DNA of 64,000 nucleotides, from the IMG/VR virus record IMGVR_UViG_2788500073_000001, positions 16,313 through 80,312 of that record. One strand, given 5' to 3'. The translations under genes and the position numbers were made by a program. Positions 9,341 to 19,700 of this stretch are shown piece after piece. This stretch comes from a virus. Lineage: Duplodnaviria > Caudoviricetes. Positions within the stretch are counted from its first letter, which is position 1. Each line of letters begins with the position of its first letter. The notes beneath the pieces were generated by a model that was not told the DNA's origin, did not search any database, and saw nothing but the letters and a program-made list of their open reading frames with translations.

Positions 9341-10516
9341 TTATTCGTCCCAATCGTTGACGTTAAATGGTAGATCATCCTCAGAAGCGCCCTGCTTTAC
9401 CACTATGGGGAGGGCGATATGGGTAATCTTGCTTTTCCCTGCAAGCTCCGTTACGACCAAAGGGGAACTCGGGCCGTAAATCTTCATCTGCATAACAGGA
9501 AGCTGAAGATGGGAGCAAACTTCGGAAAGGTTTCGGGGGCTTATGGCAACTACCGCTTTCGGAAGGCTGCCGCCGGTTTGGGCGGGAAGCACATCCTCAA
9601 TGTTTCCAAGACCGGTTTCATAGTGCGCTTCCACACAGCCTTTGCTGCTATCAGCGGACAGGAATACCGGTTGTTTTCTGGCGCTGCTGTCCAGAAGTTT
9701 TGCGCGCTCCAGGAACAGCGTCAAGCTGGATGCGTCGATAACGGCATCCAGGCATGGCGTTGGGGAAAGAGCCTTTATAACGGCATCTATGCTGGAACGC
9801 CTGGAAGCACAACTGGGAATGCTGACGGTAATCTCATACTCTCCAAATCGCAGCAGATACCGGCGGCCGTCGCTGCCGATCAGGATTTCCGGCGCGTCTT
9901 CTTTGATTGAAAGCGGCGCCAGTGCCGTTATCACGCGAGGGTGGAGGAGATATTCTTCAGTTCCATCGCCGGTATAATCTGCCGGCGATTCCACACAAGC
10001 AGCGATCTGGCCGTTTGTCGCAGTGATGGAAACACGGTCGTGCGTCAGCAAAATGCTTACTCTTTCCGTAGAGTCTTCGTGTGCCGATTGGGCGGCAGCG
10101 TAGGCGGCAAGAGCGGCATTTTCAAAGACGTTTTGCGGGAGCCCGGAAAGCCCTTCTGCCGGAAATTCCGGGAATACCGGTTCGGGGATGCTGGGCGGAA
10201 GGGCCCGATTCATCCGCGTTTTCCCGGCACTGAGCGTCAGCATACTATCGCGGACTGACAGCTTCCCTTCCGGGAAAGATTTCAGCAGATCCAGGATGTC
10301 TTTGGCATTGGCAAAAACGGTAAATTCATTTTGAACCGGATACTCAAAGCAGCTCCGGCTCTGCACCTCCTTGCCGTAGAAGCAGACAATCAGGCGGTCA
10401 GGCGCTTCCCCGCGAAGCATCGCATAGGAACCCTGGGTAGCCAGATTTCCCAAGCGTTTGACCTCAGCGGAGAACGCTTTATCAAAATCCATCTCGAATA
10501 ATTTAGGTGTACTCAC
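9341..10516 (-). CDS. divergent DNA polymerase III beta sliding clamp homologue
   Basis: ~390 aa; FPEFP, 'ITATNGQIAA', 'LERAKLL', 'GPSSPLVV...IALPI' follow the DnaN pattern. Confidence 0.7.
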   Translation of the reverse strand: MSTPKLFEMDFDKAFSAEVKRLGNLATQGSYAMLRGEAPDRLIVCFYGKEVQSRSCFEYPVQNEFTVFANAKDILDLLKSFPEGKLSVRDSMLTLSAGKTRMNRALPPSIPEPVFPEFPAEGLSGLPQNVFENAALAAYAAAQSAHEDSTERVSILLTHDRVSITATNGQIAACVESPADYTGDGTEEYLLHPRVITALAPLSIKEDAPEILIGSDGRRYLLRFGEYEITVSIPSCASRRSSIDAVIKALSPTPCLDAVIDASSLTLFLERAKLLDSSARKQPVFLSADSSKGCVEAHYETGLGNIEDVLPAQTGGSLPKAVVAISPRNLSEVCSHLQLPVMQMKIYGPSSPLVVTELAGKSKITHIALPIVVKQGASEDDLPFNVNDWDE

Positions 10517-11811
10517 AGTGATTCCTCCTCATTTGGAAGTCGGCCAGAGTGATGCTGCTTATATATCACAAGCAGGTGGTCATCGACGCCTTTGCCCAGG
10601 TATTTCCCTTTGCTATGGGAGAAAAACTTCGGCAGAGGCTTTCCAGTGGCATATTCTTTTTTCAATTTTTGGCGCATTTCCAGAATGCTTTCCTTGATCT
10701 CCCGTTCCAGGTTATCCCTGTCCCTTCCCACATAGGGATTGGTGAACTTATCAAGATCATAGAATTCCACAATCTGCTCCACAGGGTTGGTTTCCATCAG
10801 CCATTGCAGCAGCGGCCGGACTCCTCCAAAATTGGAGGTTCCGACTACGCAGAGAACGCATAGGTCATCCTTCCCATAGAGTTTCTGGTACAGCGCCCTG
10901 GCCACATACCCTTTGATCGGGCCTTCGGTGACATAAACATACTTCAGCGGTTCCTTACCCATCTCCACATGGATCTCACTTACGGCGCTGATGCCGCTCT
11001 TCAGGCTTTCACGTCCACTCGTGAAGAAGCGGTATTTATCTTTTGCCGTAGTCGGCTTATTGAGCCTGATCTGCATGGAGACGATCAATCCGTCTTTATT
11101 GCGGATAGGTACAAAATACCCGGGATCCGGGCAGTAAATACTCCAGTTCTCTTTTACTTCTCCAGTGGATTCGTCCACCTGTGAGAGTTTGAAGAAACCC
11201 GGTACATTTTCCAAATCCAGTCCCTGCGCAACCAGTTTCTGTGCCAGTTGCGTCCGGCCGAACAAGGGGGTAGACCGGAACATGATCCGGTCTATATCCC
11301 TGTCGGTCAGCCCTCGCTCATGAAGCGAAGCGCGGTGTGGCGCCGAGAGCTTCAAAAGCCGCAGAAATGCAGTATAGACAGCGTTCCTTTGCTCTGGGGA
11401 ACTGATTTTGGAAGCCGCGTTAGCGGCTGATACAGCTGTTTGCCGCACCTGGCGCACCTTGTTCATATAGGCCGGGTCTTTCCGGCTGAGATTCAAGATG
11501 CGTTCCAGTTCCTTCATACCCCATTTCCGATCTTCTTCAGACGGTCGGAAGTAGAAGGCGCCGTTTTGAGAGCTGCTCCTTGTCGGCACCAGCTTGGGAT
11601 TGTGGAACAGGAGGAAAAGATCCAGCTTATCACCGCCGGCAGCGCACTTTGCGCATCGGCAGACGCCGCCATGTCCTTTGCTGACATTGACATTGAGCTT
11701 TTTCTTCCCCCCGCAGATTGGGCAATCATAATAACCACTATTGGAGCGAATCCGAGCGGCGTCGAGCCCCACGATGCTTATCACATCGAAAATTGAAAAT
11801 TGGTCGAACAT
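10513..11811 (-). CDS. Zn-finger + Toprim primase-like protein
   Basis: CPIC...CAKC Zn finger, LHERGL, QIRL, VYVTEGPIK, YDLD. Confidence 0.72.
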   Translation of the reverse strand: MFDQFSIFDVISIVGLDAARIRSNSGYYDCPICGGKKKLNVNVSKGHGGVCRCAKCAAGGDKLDLFLLFHNPKLVPTRSSSQNGAFYFRPSEEDRKWGMKELERILNLSRKDPAYMNKVRQVRQTAVSAANAASKISSPEQRNAVYTAFLRLLKLSAPHRASLHERGLTDRDIDRIMFRSTPLFGRTQLAQKLVAQGLDLENVPGFFKLSQVDESTGEVKENWSIYCPDPGYFVPIRNKDGLIVSMQIRLNKPTTAKDKYRFFTSGRESLKSGISAVSEIHVEMGKEPLKYVYVTEGPIKGYVARALYQKLYGKDDLCVLCVVGTSNFGGVRPLLQWLMETNPVEQIVEFYDLDKFTNPYVGRDRDNLEREIKESILEMRQKLKKEYATGKPLPKFFSHSKGKYLGKGVDDHLLVIYKQHHSGRLPNEEESL

Positions 11812-11837
11812 CCCGGCTTTCCCTCCTCAGTGTTCGA

Positions 11838-13082
11838 TTATCGTTTGTTCATCATCTCCACCAAAAGCAGCGTCGCCGCGTAGGCGGGAACATTTTTCCC
11901 ATGGTAGAGATTTTTGCAGTTTTCTACGGCCTGGTTGGCAATATTGGTTCCCAGCGTACCGTAGATCTCACCAAATGTGCGGCCGGCAAACTGGCCCCTT
12001 GTGGAGGGATACCGGATTTGCATTACCAAGTCCTGATCGTTTTCCAGGAAGTTAATCGCCAGCTGGAGATCACGATTACGCATTTTCGTAGCAAATTCAC
12101 CGTTGTTGCCGTTGATAAAGAACGCATCCACATCCTGATTTTGCTCATTGAAGAATCGCGGATCCAACTGCGGGTCTGGATAATTACCGGACATAGCCAG
12201 CATAATATAATCCCAAACCTTTTCTTCCGCTGTGCGCGGGTCTTCAGGCTCCGGCTCAACAGGAGACGCTTCAGTATCGGGTTGGAGGGAGGCGCCTTTT
12301 TCTGGTCCCTCCGGCGCCACTGGATCGCTCAACTCTTGTCGGCCAGCATCCTCTGTCACAACCGGCTGGGCAGGGGCTTCATCAGCCCGGCCCACATCAG
12401 CGGGAGGATCTGAGACAGGAACCGTGGCCTCTTTATCGGCTTTCGAACGTCTCTTTTTCACCGGCTTTTCTTCCGGCTGCTCTTCCGGTGCGGCAGCCTC
12501 CAGATCATGAATATCAATGATCTCGGAGGGCGCATTGGCATCTACTTTTGATTTCCCAGTCATGACCCCTGGCTGAGCCGGGGCAGCGGGAACCTCTGTA
12601 GGCGCCGCCTCATCCGGCGATCCAGCTGGTGCTGTTTCTGCAGCCTGCGGTTCCTCTGTCCCGAAAGTGTTCAGATCCAGCTGGCATCCATAGCCGGCAA
12701 AGTCCAATGCACGAGCGATCGCACGCGATTCCGCCGCTTCAATGAGTTTAATTCCGTCACCGTTCTGGCCGTCGGTCTGAGTATCTGCTGAGCCAAACGC
12801 ATTGGCAATCGCTACGCCGTCAATGGTCACAGTCGCCTTCATGACAACCATGAACTCATCGCGGGAAACGATGTCTGTTTGGATTGTGCCGGCATTCCCA
12901 TTTTTCAGCCGGAACCAAGTTACCTGAGAGCGGACCGGGAAAAATTTCCGAACCGGCTCGCCTTCAAAGGCAGGGGTAGATTCCTGTGCCAGAAGGGAAA
13001 TGTCGATAGGAACTTCATTGATGGCTTTCAGCGCTTCGCAGTTGCCGCGATAGGGGGACGCCATTTTCTTCTCTGTTGTCAT
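11838..13082 (-). CDS. hypothetical protein, N-terminus resembling Rad52/Rad22-type annealing domains
   Basis: 'FPVRSQVTWFR...AESRAIARALDFAGYG' followed by a long Pro/Glu/Ala linker. Confidence 0.45.
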   Translation of the reverse strand: MTTEKKMASPYRGNCEALKAINEVPIDISLLAQESTPAFEGEPVRKFFPVRSQVTWFRLKNGNAGTIQTDIVSRDEFMVVMKATVTIDGVAIANAFGSADTQTDGQNGDGIKLIEAAESRAIARALDFAGYGCQLDLNTFGTEEPQAAETAPAGSPDEAAPTEVPAAPAQPGVMTGKSKVDANAPSEIIDIHDLEAAAPEEQPEEKPVKKRRSKADKEATVPVSDPPADVGRADEAPAQPVVTEDAGRQELSDPVAPEGPEKGASLQPDTEASPVEPEPEDPRTAEEKVWDYIMLAMSGNYPDPQLDPRFFNEQNQDVDAFFINGNNGEFATKMRNRDLQLAINFLENDQDLVMQIRYPSTRGQFAGRTFGEIYGTLGTNIANQAVENCKNLYHGKNVPAYAATLLLVEMMNKR

Positions 13083-13165
13083 TGTGAGTCCTCACTTTCT
13101 TACTTTTGTGGTTTTGGTTTCTATTTCTCTATGTGAAAAGGACTTCCCCCGACCAGGGAAAGCCC

Positions 13166-13338
13166 TTGAATTGGCAATAAAAAAGGCACGGTCGTGCCCA
13201 AAAGGGCGCAATCGTGCCGTTAGGTTTCACACCGGCCAGCTGTCAGCATGGACAGAAGGCCTTACTTTACTGCCTCGGTGGGCAGCGAATACTTTCATGG
13301 AATACCTAGAGTGTACCCCCGTTTTTGTATCGTGTCAA
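13166..13338 (-). promoter_or_regulatory. dispersed promoter-leader-terminator repeat, copy 1
   Basis: TTGACA-17-TACACT, structured leader, GGCACG...CGTGCC-T6 terminator; near-identical to 7 other copies. Confidence 0.92.
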
Positions 13339-13370
13339 CACATCTTTGTTTTTTAATTCTTTTTAACACG

Positions 13371-14711
13371 TTATTTTCCCAATCTCTCCTCCAGAAGCAT
13401 CCGGTCCTCCGCTGTTATGGAGTCTCCACCCATGGCAAATTCAATCAGGTCAGAGACGGAATTATTTAACCCAACCCCGTTATAGCTGCTCAGGTTGTCC
13501 ACATCGGAAAACCGGCGGAACAGCGTTTTGTAGACCCTGACCCCCGTGAATGGATCGACAACGGAAGCCGTCATTTCAATAGCCGCGCTCTGGCTGCCTG
13601 TTTCTGTGCTGGTTAAGATGAAATAGCGAAGGCTGCACTCCAAAGAAGCCATACGTTCTTTCATCGCCTCCTCCATACCGGAATAATCATCAAATTTTCG
13701 CTGATAGGAGGGATAGGTGGAGCTGATGGCGAAATGGCTGTCCAGATCGTCCCCGCCAAAGGAAAGTGTGGCCAGTGCGTCCATATCGCTCTTTTGAATG
13801 CCATCCACTGCCGTGTTCAGATATTCAACCAAGTCTTCATTGCCGAAAGCAGCTTCGGAAATCTCCCGTGCGTTGCCATAATCGTTTTTGAGCAGAAGGT
13901 CACCGCCGCGGGTGCCCTGGAACTCCACAGCGCCCCAGAAGAACGCATACTGGGGGATTTCATCGCCATAGGTATAGGATGTGGGATAATACAGCATGGG
14001 CACATCATCTTCTATCAGGAACTCCAGCTTTACAAGATCTGTGCTTGCCGGAACACTGCCCATATCCATAGCAGAAATCGCCGCTGCCGCCCCTGTGGCT
14101 TTGAAAGAGGTCATCTCCTGATCGTATGCGGAATCTTCCCCTGCCGCAAGCTCAGGTGCTCTGGAGGCCATGTAGGGCGTTGTGACAGCGAGTGTAACGG
14201 TAACAAAATTGGACTGGCTGGGATCACCTCTGATTTCCAGTATCTCATAGGTCGTGGCACTCCCCATATTTCGGAACGCATCGCCGATCGCCTCGTCCGC
14301 CAGACAGGTGTCCAGCATCAGCCGAAAGGGGTTATATTCCCCGCCGAAGGTGCGCGGTGAAACCTGCTGTTCGATGGTCTGCTCGTCAAGGGCCAACAAC
14401 TTCGGAAGCATCTCCTCAATATTCCGGTCAACCTCTTCTTTTGTCAGCGTTGTGGGGGAGAGGTTGGAAAAATCCACTTCCGGGTAGGGCTGCTCATAAT
14501 CCTGGTTGGTAGAATCAATATCCGGGATCTCCGATACCTGGGAAGACGATCCTTCCTGCTCACTGGAGAGGGAAGAAGAAGGCTCGCTTTCCGAACTGCC
14601 TGGCTCCTCCGTTGGCTCAGAGGACGGCTTTAAAAGCAGGAAGGCGCCGATTGCGACGACAGCTGCCGCTGCAATCAGCAGTGCCAGCGTTTTGGGTGAT
14701 AGCTTTTTCAT
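13371..14711 (-). CDS. membrane-anchored/secreted acidic protein
   Basis: N-terminal signal/TM segment, Ser/Glu-rich linker. Confidence 0.7.
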   Translation of the reverse strand: MKKLSPKTLALLIAAAAVVAIGAFLLLKPSSEPTEEPGSSESEPSSSLSSEQEGSSSQVSEIPDIDSTNQDYEQPYPEVDFSNLSPTTLTKEEVDRNIEEMLPKLLALDEQTIEQQVSPRTFGGEYNPFRLMLDTCLADEAIGDAFRNMGSATTYEILEIRGDPSQSNFVTVTLAVTTPYMASRAPELAAGEDSAYDQEMTSFKATGAAAAISAMDMGSVPASTDLVKLEFLIEDDVPMLYYPTSYTYGDEIPQYAFFWGAVEFQGTRGGDLLLKNDYGNAREISEAAFGNEDLVEYLNTAVDGIQKSDMDALATLSFGGDDLDSHFAISSTYPSYQRKFDDYSGMEEAMKERMASLECSLRYFILTSTETGSQSAAIEMTASVVDPFTGVRVYKTLFRRFSDVDNLSSYNGVGLNNSVSDLIEFAMGGDSITAEDRMLLEERLGK

Positions 14712-14726
14712 TTGACAATCTCCTTT

Positions 14727-15230
14727 TTAGAAATGTGGAAGGGAAAATAGTTTTCTTTTTGCGACTGACCGGATTGCGGACGCTGGTATGTAGGGGTTCT
14801 CCCAGTACCGGGCGTCATACGAGTGCTGACGGTTATCCCCCAGAAGCAGGTAGCAGCCTTCTGGAACTTGAAATATCTGCTCCTGGCCCTCCCTCTGGAA
14901 TGACACATATTCCTCCCGAAGGGTTTTACCGTCAACAAAAATTGTCCCATCATCGGCAATTCGGACCTCTTCGCCGGGAAGGCCAATAATCCTCTTGATC
15001 AGCATGGAGCCATCCTTTTCAAAGACGACAATATCTCCCCGTTCCAGTTCTGAAAAAACTCGGCTGCCCAAAAGGACATCGCCGCTGTTTAATGTGGGCG
15101 ACATGCTTTCGCTGGGGACATACATCAGCATAAATACGCCTTGGAACAGAATGGTGGGAATCAACATAGCCAACGCCAGCAATACGATAGCTTTGCCGAA
15201 AGAAACCGTGTGAACTGGATGCTGCGTCAT
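14727..15230 (-). CDS. lepB: signal peptidase I
   Basis: SESMSPTL, IKRIIGLPGE, GDNRQHSYDARYW. Confidence 0.93.
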   Translation of the reverse strand: MTQHPVHTVSFGKAIVLLALAMLIPTILFQGVFMLMYVPSESMSPTLNSGDVLLGSRVFSELERGDIVVFEKDGSMLIKRIIGLPGEEVRIADDGTIFVDGKTLREEYVSFQREGQEQIFQVPEGCYLLLGDNRQHSYDARYWENPYIPASAIRSVAKRKLFSLPHF

Positions 15231-15233
15231 ACC

Positions 15234-15734
15234 TTACTCCAGACCGGATTTAGGCGGCCGGTCCTCCACAAATTCGGTGGCGTCCCCTGCAGATTCCTCC
15301 CATTCTTCATCGCTGGGCAATTCGAAGTCCTCCGCGTGAAAGAAATCCGGCTGAGTCGTCATTTTCAAAGACTCATCCAGCTTGGGATGCGCCGGATCGG
15401 AAGTACCGTTTGAGACATAATTGGAAGAATCTAAATAGCCCTCCAGCATCATGGGCATTTGGAGATGGAACCTGTACTCGGATTCCTCCGGCGCGTCTTC
15501 ATTCCGGATATAGTCGTACTTGCCATCGTAAATCTCTTCATTGAAAACATCTTCCGCCATCCACTTGGCCACGTCCGCTTTGGCGACAACGGCATTCAGC
15601 CCCACCGCCGATACCGTTACAGCAGCAGACGCCAACGCAATAGCGGAAAGGTTCCGGGGCGTGAAAAACTGGCCGTAATACCGCCTGGTGTGCTGAAGGC
15701 AGGCTCGAAGATTTGTGTGGATCCGCTTCATCAA
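15234..15734 (-). CDS. hypothetical exported protein
   Basis: Hydrophobic N-terminal segment; operon spacing. Confidence 0.6.
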   Translation of the reverse strand: MMKRIHTNLRACLQHTRRYYGQFFTPRNLSAIALASAAVTVSAVGLNAVVAKADVAKWMAEDVFNEEIYDGKYDYIRNEDAPEESEYRFHLQMPMMLEGYLDSSNYVSNGTSDPAHPKLDESLKMTTQPDFFHAEDFELPSDEEWEESAGDATEFVEDRPPKSGLE

Positions 15735-15736
15735 AA

Positions 15737-16177
15737 TTACTCCTCCTTCCGGGATTTTTGACTTCTGAGGGTCAAGGTGTAGGGGCTCTCAATCCGGTCG
15801 ATTGTCATAATACCGGACGCCTTATCGAATACGGCAGCTTGGATGCCGACGGCCGTTTGCTCACTGGCTGATGGGATTGCTCCCGCGGTGTTGCCTGGAT
15901 AGCTCACCTTCACCGCGGCGTCCTTGGGGACTACCACAAGACGGTAGCCCAGCAAGTCCAAAAAGCCGGGAATACGCTGGAATTTCAACCCATAGTTTGT
16001 GAGCCAGCCCATAAAGCCGCTATAACTTGGCCTGTTCCCGGAGGAGGTATCGACCTCGGAAGCCTCCCTGCAATATAGCTCGTAAAAATCCTTATAGGTC
16101 ATCTTATTGGCAGAAAGCAGGAAGCGGAACAGCTTGTCTTCCACTATCCGGCGGCTGTATGGCCGTTCTTTCGGCAT
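15737..16177 (-). CDS. hypothetical protein, possible HTH
   Basis: RBS AGGAG before ATG 16177; C-terminal 'LDLLGYRLVVVPK' is typical of XRE-like proteins. Confidence 0.55.
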   Translation of the reverse strand: MPKERPYSRRIVEDKLFRFLLSANKMTYKDFYELYCREASEVDTSSGNRPSYSGFMGWLTNYGLKFQRIPGFLDLLGYRLVVVPKDAAVKVSYPGNTAGAIPSASEQTAVGIQAAVFDKASGIMTIDRIESPYTLTLRSQKSRKEE

Positions 16178-16197
16178 AGTATCATCTCCTGTCAAGA

Positions 16198-16697
16198 TCC
16201 CAGCCTCAGAGACGGGCAATCAGTCGGGGCAATAGAATGAGCAAGGAAGGTTTGTGGAAGAAGGACCATTTGCATTTCTATTGTGACTACCCGTCTCTCA
16301 AGCTGGGAATGCGATTTGTTTTGAAAAACCGGGGCCGCAGGGAATCGAACCCTGATAAACCTTTCAACCCCATAGAGCGCCTGGTTTTCCAGGCGCCTTA
16401 TGCCGGCCTTAACCCATACCGGCTTGCCCTGTCCCTCCGGCTCAGGCCGAACAACGCACTGAACTCCGAGCCAGCCTTCTTCCCTTTAGGGCTTCCGACA
16501 CGTTCACAGGTGTCCACTCCATCTCTTTTCCCAGGGAGAGAACTGGTTAAGACAGGAGCGTTTTGCCGGGACAGATAATCATTTTTTCAGCCTGGTTCCC
16601 GGCCCAGGCCATTATTGCGTGCGATGGGGGGCGACCCCATACCTCCGGTTGGGCCCTCCGGCGTGCTCATTACACCACGCCCACATATCCGTCTACT
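16198..16697 (-). ncRNA. candidate ~500-nt structured RNA with two tRNA-like modules
   Basis: Follows a class II promoter; degenerate cloverleaf 16616-16684, acceptor+T-arm module 16331-16371, many hairpins. Confidence 0.55.
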
Positions 16698-16702
16698 ATC
16701 AT

Positions 16703-16732
16703 TATAGTAAAAAAAACAGAAAAAACGACCAA
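16703..16732 (-). promoter_or_regulatory. class II element promoter (copy 2)
   Basis: TTGGTCGT-N15-TACTATA. Confidence 0.65.
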
Positions 16733-16779
16733 AATAAAAAAAGCCTCCACGAGGGAGGCTTTTTCTGCTTTTGAACGGC

Positions 16780-19700
16780 TTATGCCGTCAGCAATTCGGT
16801 CAGTTCAGCATATTCCTCCTTGAGTTGATCCAGCCGCTCCTGCTGTTCAAACGGCTCACTGAGCAATGCTTCAGCGGATTTGAGAGCGAGTTCGTTGGAT
16901 CTGAGTTTATCCTGTTTTTCTTTCAGGGAATCCGGGATGCCGTTTACGATCTCGTCACAGAGCTTCAGGACAGAGATGCCCTTGAAAATAATGCGATCCT
17001 GATCCAGCCTGTGTGTTGCCTTCCCCTGAAGGGCGATCGTGTAATCCTTGGCAGCAAAGAACGAAGATACGGCGTCTTGTCTGACTGCCACGATCTCCAT
17101 TCCATTGTACTTCCCCAGTATATCTCCCTGCTCTAGTTTCACAACTTTTGGGCCGAGCACCTTAATAGCCTCGCTCCATTCCTCCTTGTTGTTGAGATGA
17201 TAGCTTTTCCCGTCACATTCCAGAACAGGATCCCCATAATATGACTTGAGATGGGAAGCATCCTGCTCCAGCCTGGGGATCAGCTCCTTCAGATACTGGA
17301 TGGTATGTGGGATGTTGATATGCACATCCTGTTTCAGACGGCTGCGCTGTGAGTCAAATCCACGCTTGAGGGTTTCCAGCCTGGCGATCTCGCCTTCCAG
17401 CTTGGCGCGCTGGAGAAAACGGGTATCGCCGGTTGCGATCGCTTTGATCTCCGAATAGGTCAGCACCTTGGTATCGCTGTCCTCGATCGTGCGATGCGAG
17501 TAATCACCGCGCAGCACCTGGGAAATCAGTTTCGCCTTGAGCTCAATCAGCTGCCACATGTAGCTGTCAAACGACCCTTCTGTGACGTAGTTGAACACAA
17601 AGACGGTCGTGTGCATATTGCCGGGCCGTTCGATCCGCCCCTGCCGCTGGTCAATATCCTTCGGCGTCCACGGCACGTCCAAGTTATGGAGGGCAATGAG
17701 CCGGTTCTGGATATTGACCCCTTGGCCGATGGTGGCCGTCGATCCGATCAGCACACGCAGCCTGCCAGACTGCATTTTAATTCGCATAGAGGTCTGCTGC
17801 TTGGCAGTCTTAAAATCGTGGGCGAAGGCAATTTCGTCCTCGGGGATCCCCAGCTTCACCAGCTTCTGTTTCAAAGCGTCATAGACATTGAAACCAGCCT
17901 GATTCGGGGTGGAGATGTCGCTGAAGGCCACCTGTGTAGCACGCAGGGACTGGTACTTCTGATAGAATTCCCAAATCCTATCGGCACACTGGTTCACCTT
18001 ATTGGTCTTGCTTTCAGGCGCCCTGGGACGGACCGTGCGGATGTCCAAAGCAGCTTTCCGTCCATCCACCGTAACAGCCAGCATATTGTCCTTATTTTTC
18101 TTGGTGCGGCCCTGACGGATCAGGTTGGCGCGCTCTACCAGCTCCTGCATATAGGCTTTCTGCTCAATGCTGGCAGGGCAGCTGACTGTTTGTATAACCA
18201 CATCCGGCGTGTTCATCTGGATCTGGTCTTTGGTGACGGTATCCAGGAATTGCAAGACCATCTTCATGAGTTCAGGCACGTTTTTGAAGGAGGAAACCCG
18301 CCTTACCTGACGGAACCCTTCTCCATTTTCGTTCAGCCCTTCCGGCGGCAGCTCCCAATCGGTCGTAATATTGCCGTAGAGGGCAAGCCAGTCGTCCAGA
18401 CCGAAAATGTTCTTTTCGATCAAGAGGTCTTCCTGGAAATACCGCTGGAGGGAATAGAGCTCGGTAATGCTGTTGACGATCGCCGTGCCGGTGGCAAAAG
18501 TGAAGCCGCCCTTCCCGCCATACAGACTTGCCAGGTATTTGGTTTTATAGTAGAGGTCGGTACACTTGGCCGAAGCGGTATTGGAAACGCCGCGGAGTCC
18601 GTTCCCGCCGGTGGGGCAGTAGAGGTTTTTAAACTCGTGCGACTCGTCCACAAAGAGATAGTCGATTCCCAGTTCCTCCAGGTTATAATCCGCGGATTGG
18701 TTCGCCAGGAAGTTCTGGGCCTGGTCCTCCCGCATCCGGGGTGTAACCAGATCCGCTGTGGTAACGCGGCTGTTTTCAGAGAACCGCACACGGCGCATCA
18801 GTTCGGCGTTGTGCCAGATGGTCTTCTGCACAGAATCTGTCGGGGTCGGAATCAGGCTGAACGAGGAAGAACCGAGAATGATGGCGTCATAATCCCCCAA
18901 TGCCATGCGGGTGAGGAACCGTTTCCGGCGTGCTTTGCGCATGTCGGCCGGATCCGCCAGCAAAATGTTGGCGGAGGGGTAAAGGCGCATCATCTCGCCT
19001 CCCCACTGCGGCAAGAGATTGTTCGGGACCAAGTAGAGGGGTTTGTTAATCCTTCCAAGACGCTTGAGTTCCATTCCGGCAGCCAACAGGGTGATGGTTT
19101 TTCCGCTGCCCACTGTATGGCCGATCAAGGCGCCGTTTTCCCGGATGATCCGGTATACTGCGTTTTTTTGATGCGGCTTGAGCTCAATGGCAGCGGTCAT
19201 TCCTGGAAAGGTCAGATGGCTTCCGTCATATTTAGGAACCACCTCATTGTTGTACTGCTGGTTATAGGCCGAAACGATTTCTGTTTCCCGTGTGGGGTCC
19301 TGGAAGATCCACTCACGGAATGCGTCCTCGATGAGGCGGCATTTTTCCAAAAGGATGACCGTTTTCTCATGATCCCGGACCTTGTGGATTTTTCCGCTGG
19401 CGTCCGTTTCCTCTTTGGTCGCTACTACTTCATACTTGTTCATCAACCGTTGGGTCAGCCAAATCGCGTTATATTCCACCGTGCCGTAAACACTGCAGAA
19501 TTCCGGGTTGGTAGCGGCAATGTAACAGTAGGTTTTGATCTTGTATCCTCCGTTCGCCTTCTTTTGAATGAGGAAGCTGTTGGGCCCGCGTCCAGTCTTT
19601 TTCTTCCCAATCTTTTCAAACAGGAATTGGGAAACGTAATCGGGGGACAGGAAGGGGGAACCCAGGGTGACATCAATATCCTCCGCCGGGATCAGCGGCG

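Noticed and set aside
16331-16600. Complete tmRNA gene
   Set aside because: The 5'- and 3'-like ends are only 10 nt apart, with no G3-U70, no CCA and no recognisable tag ORF.
16616-16684. Functional tRNA-Gly(GCC)
   Set aside because: No U33, no TTC T-loop, no D-loop GG and mismatches in the acceptor and anticodon stems; kept only as tRNA-like.
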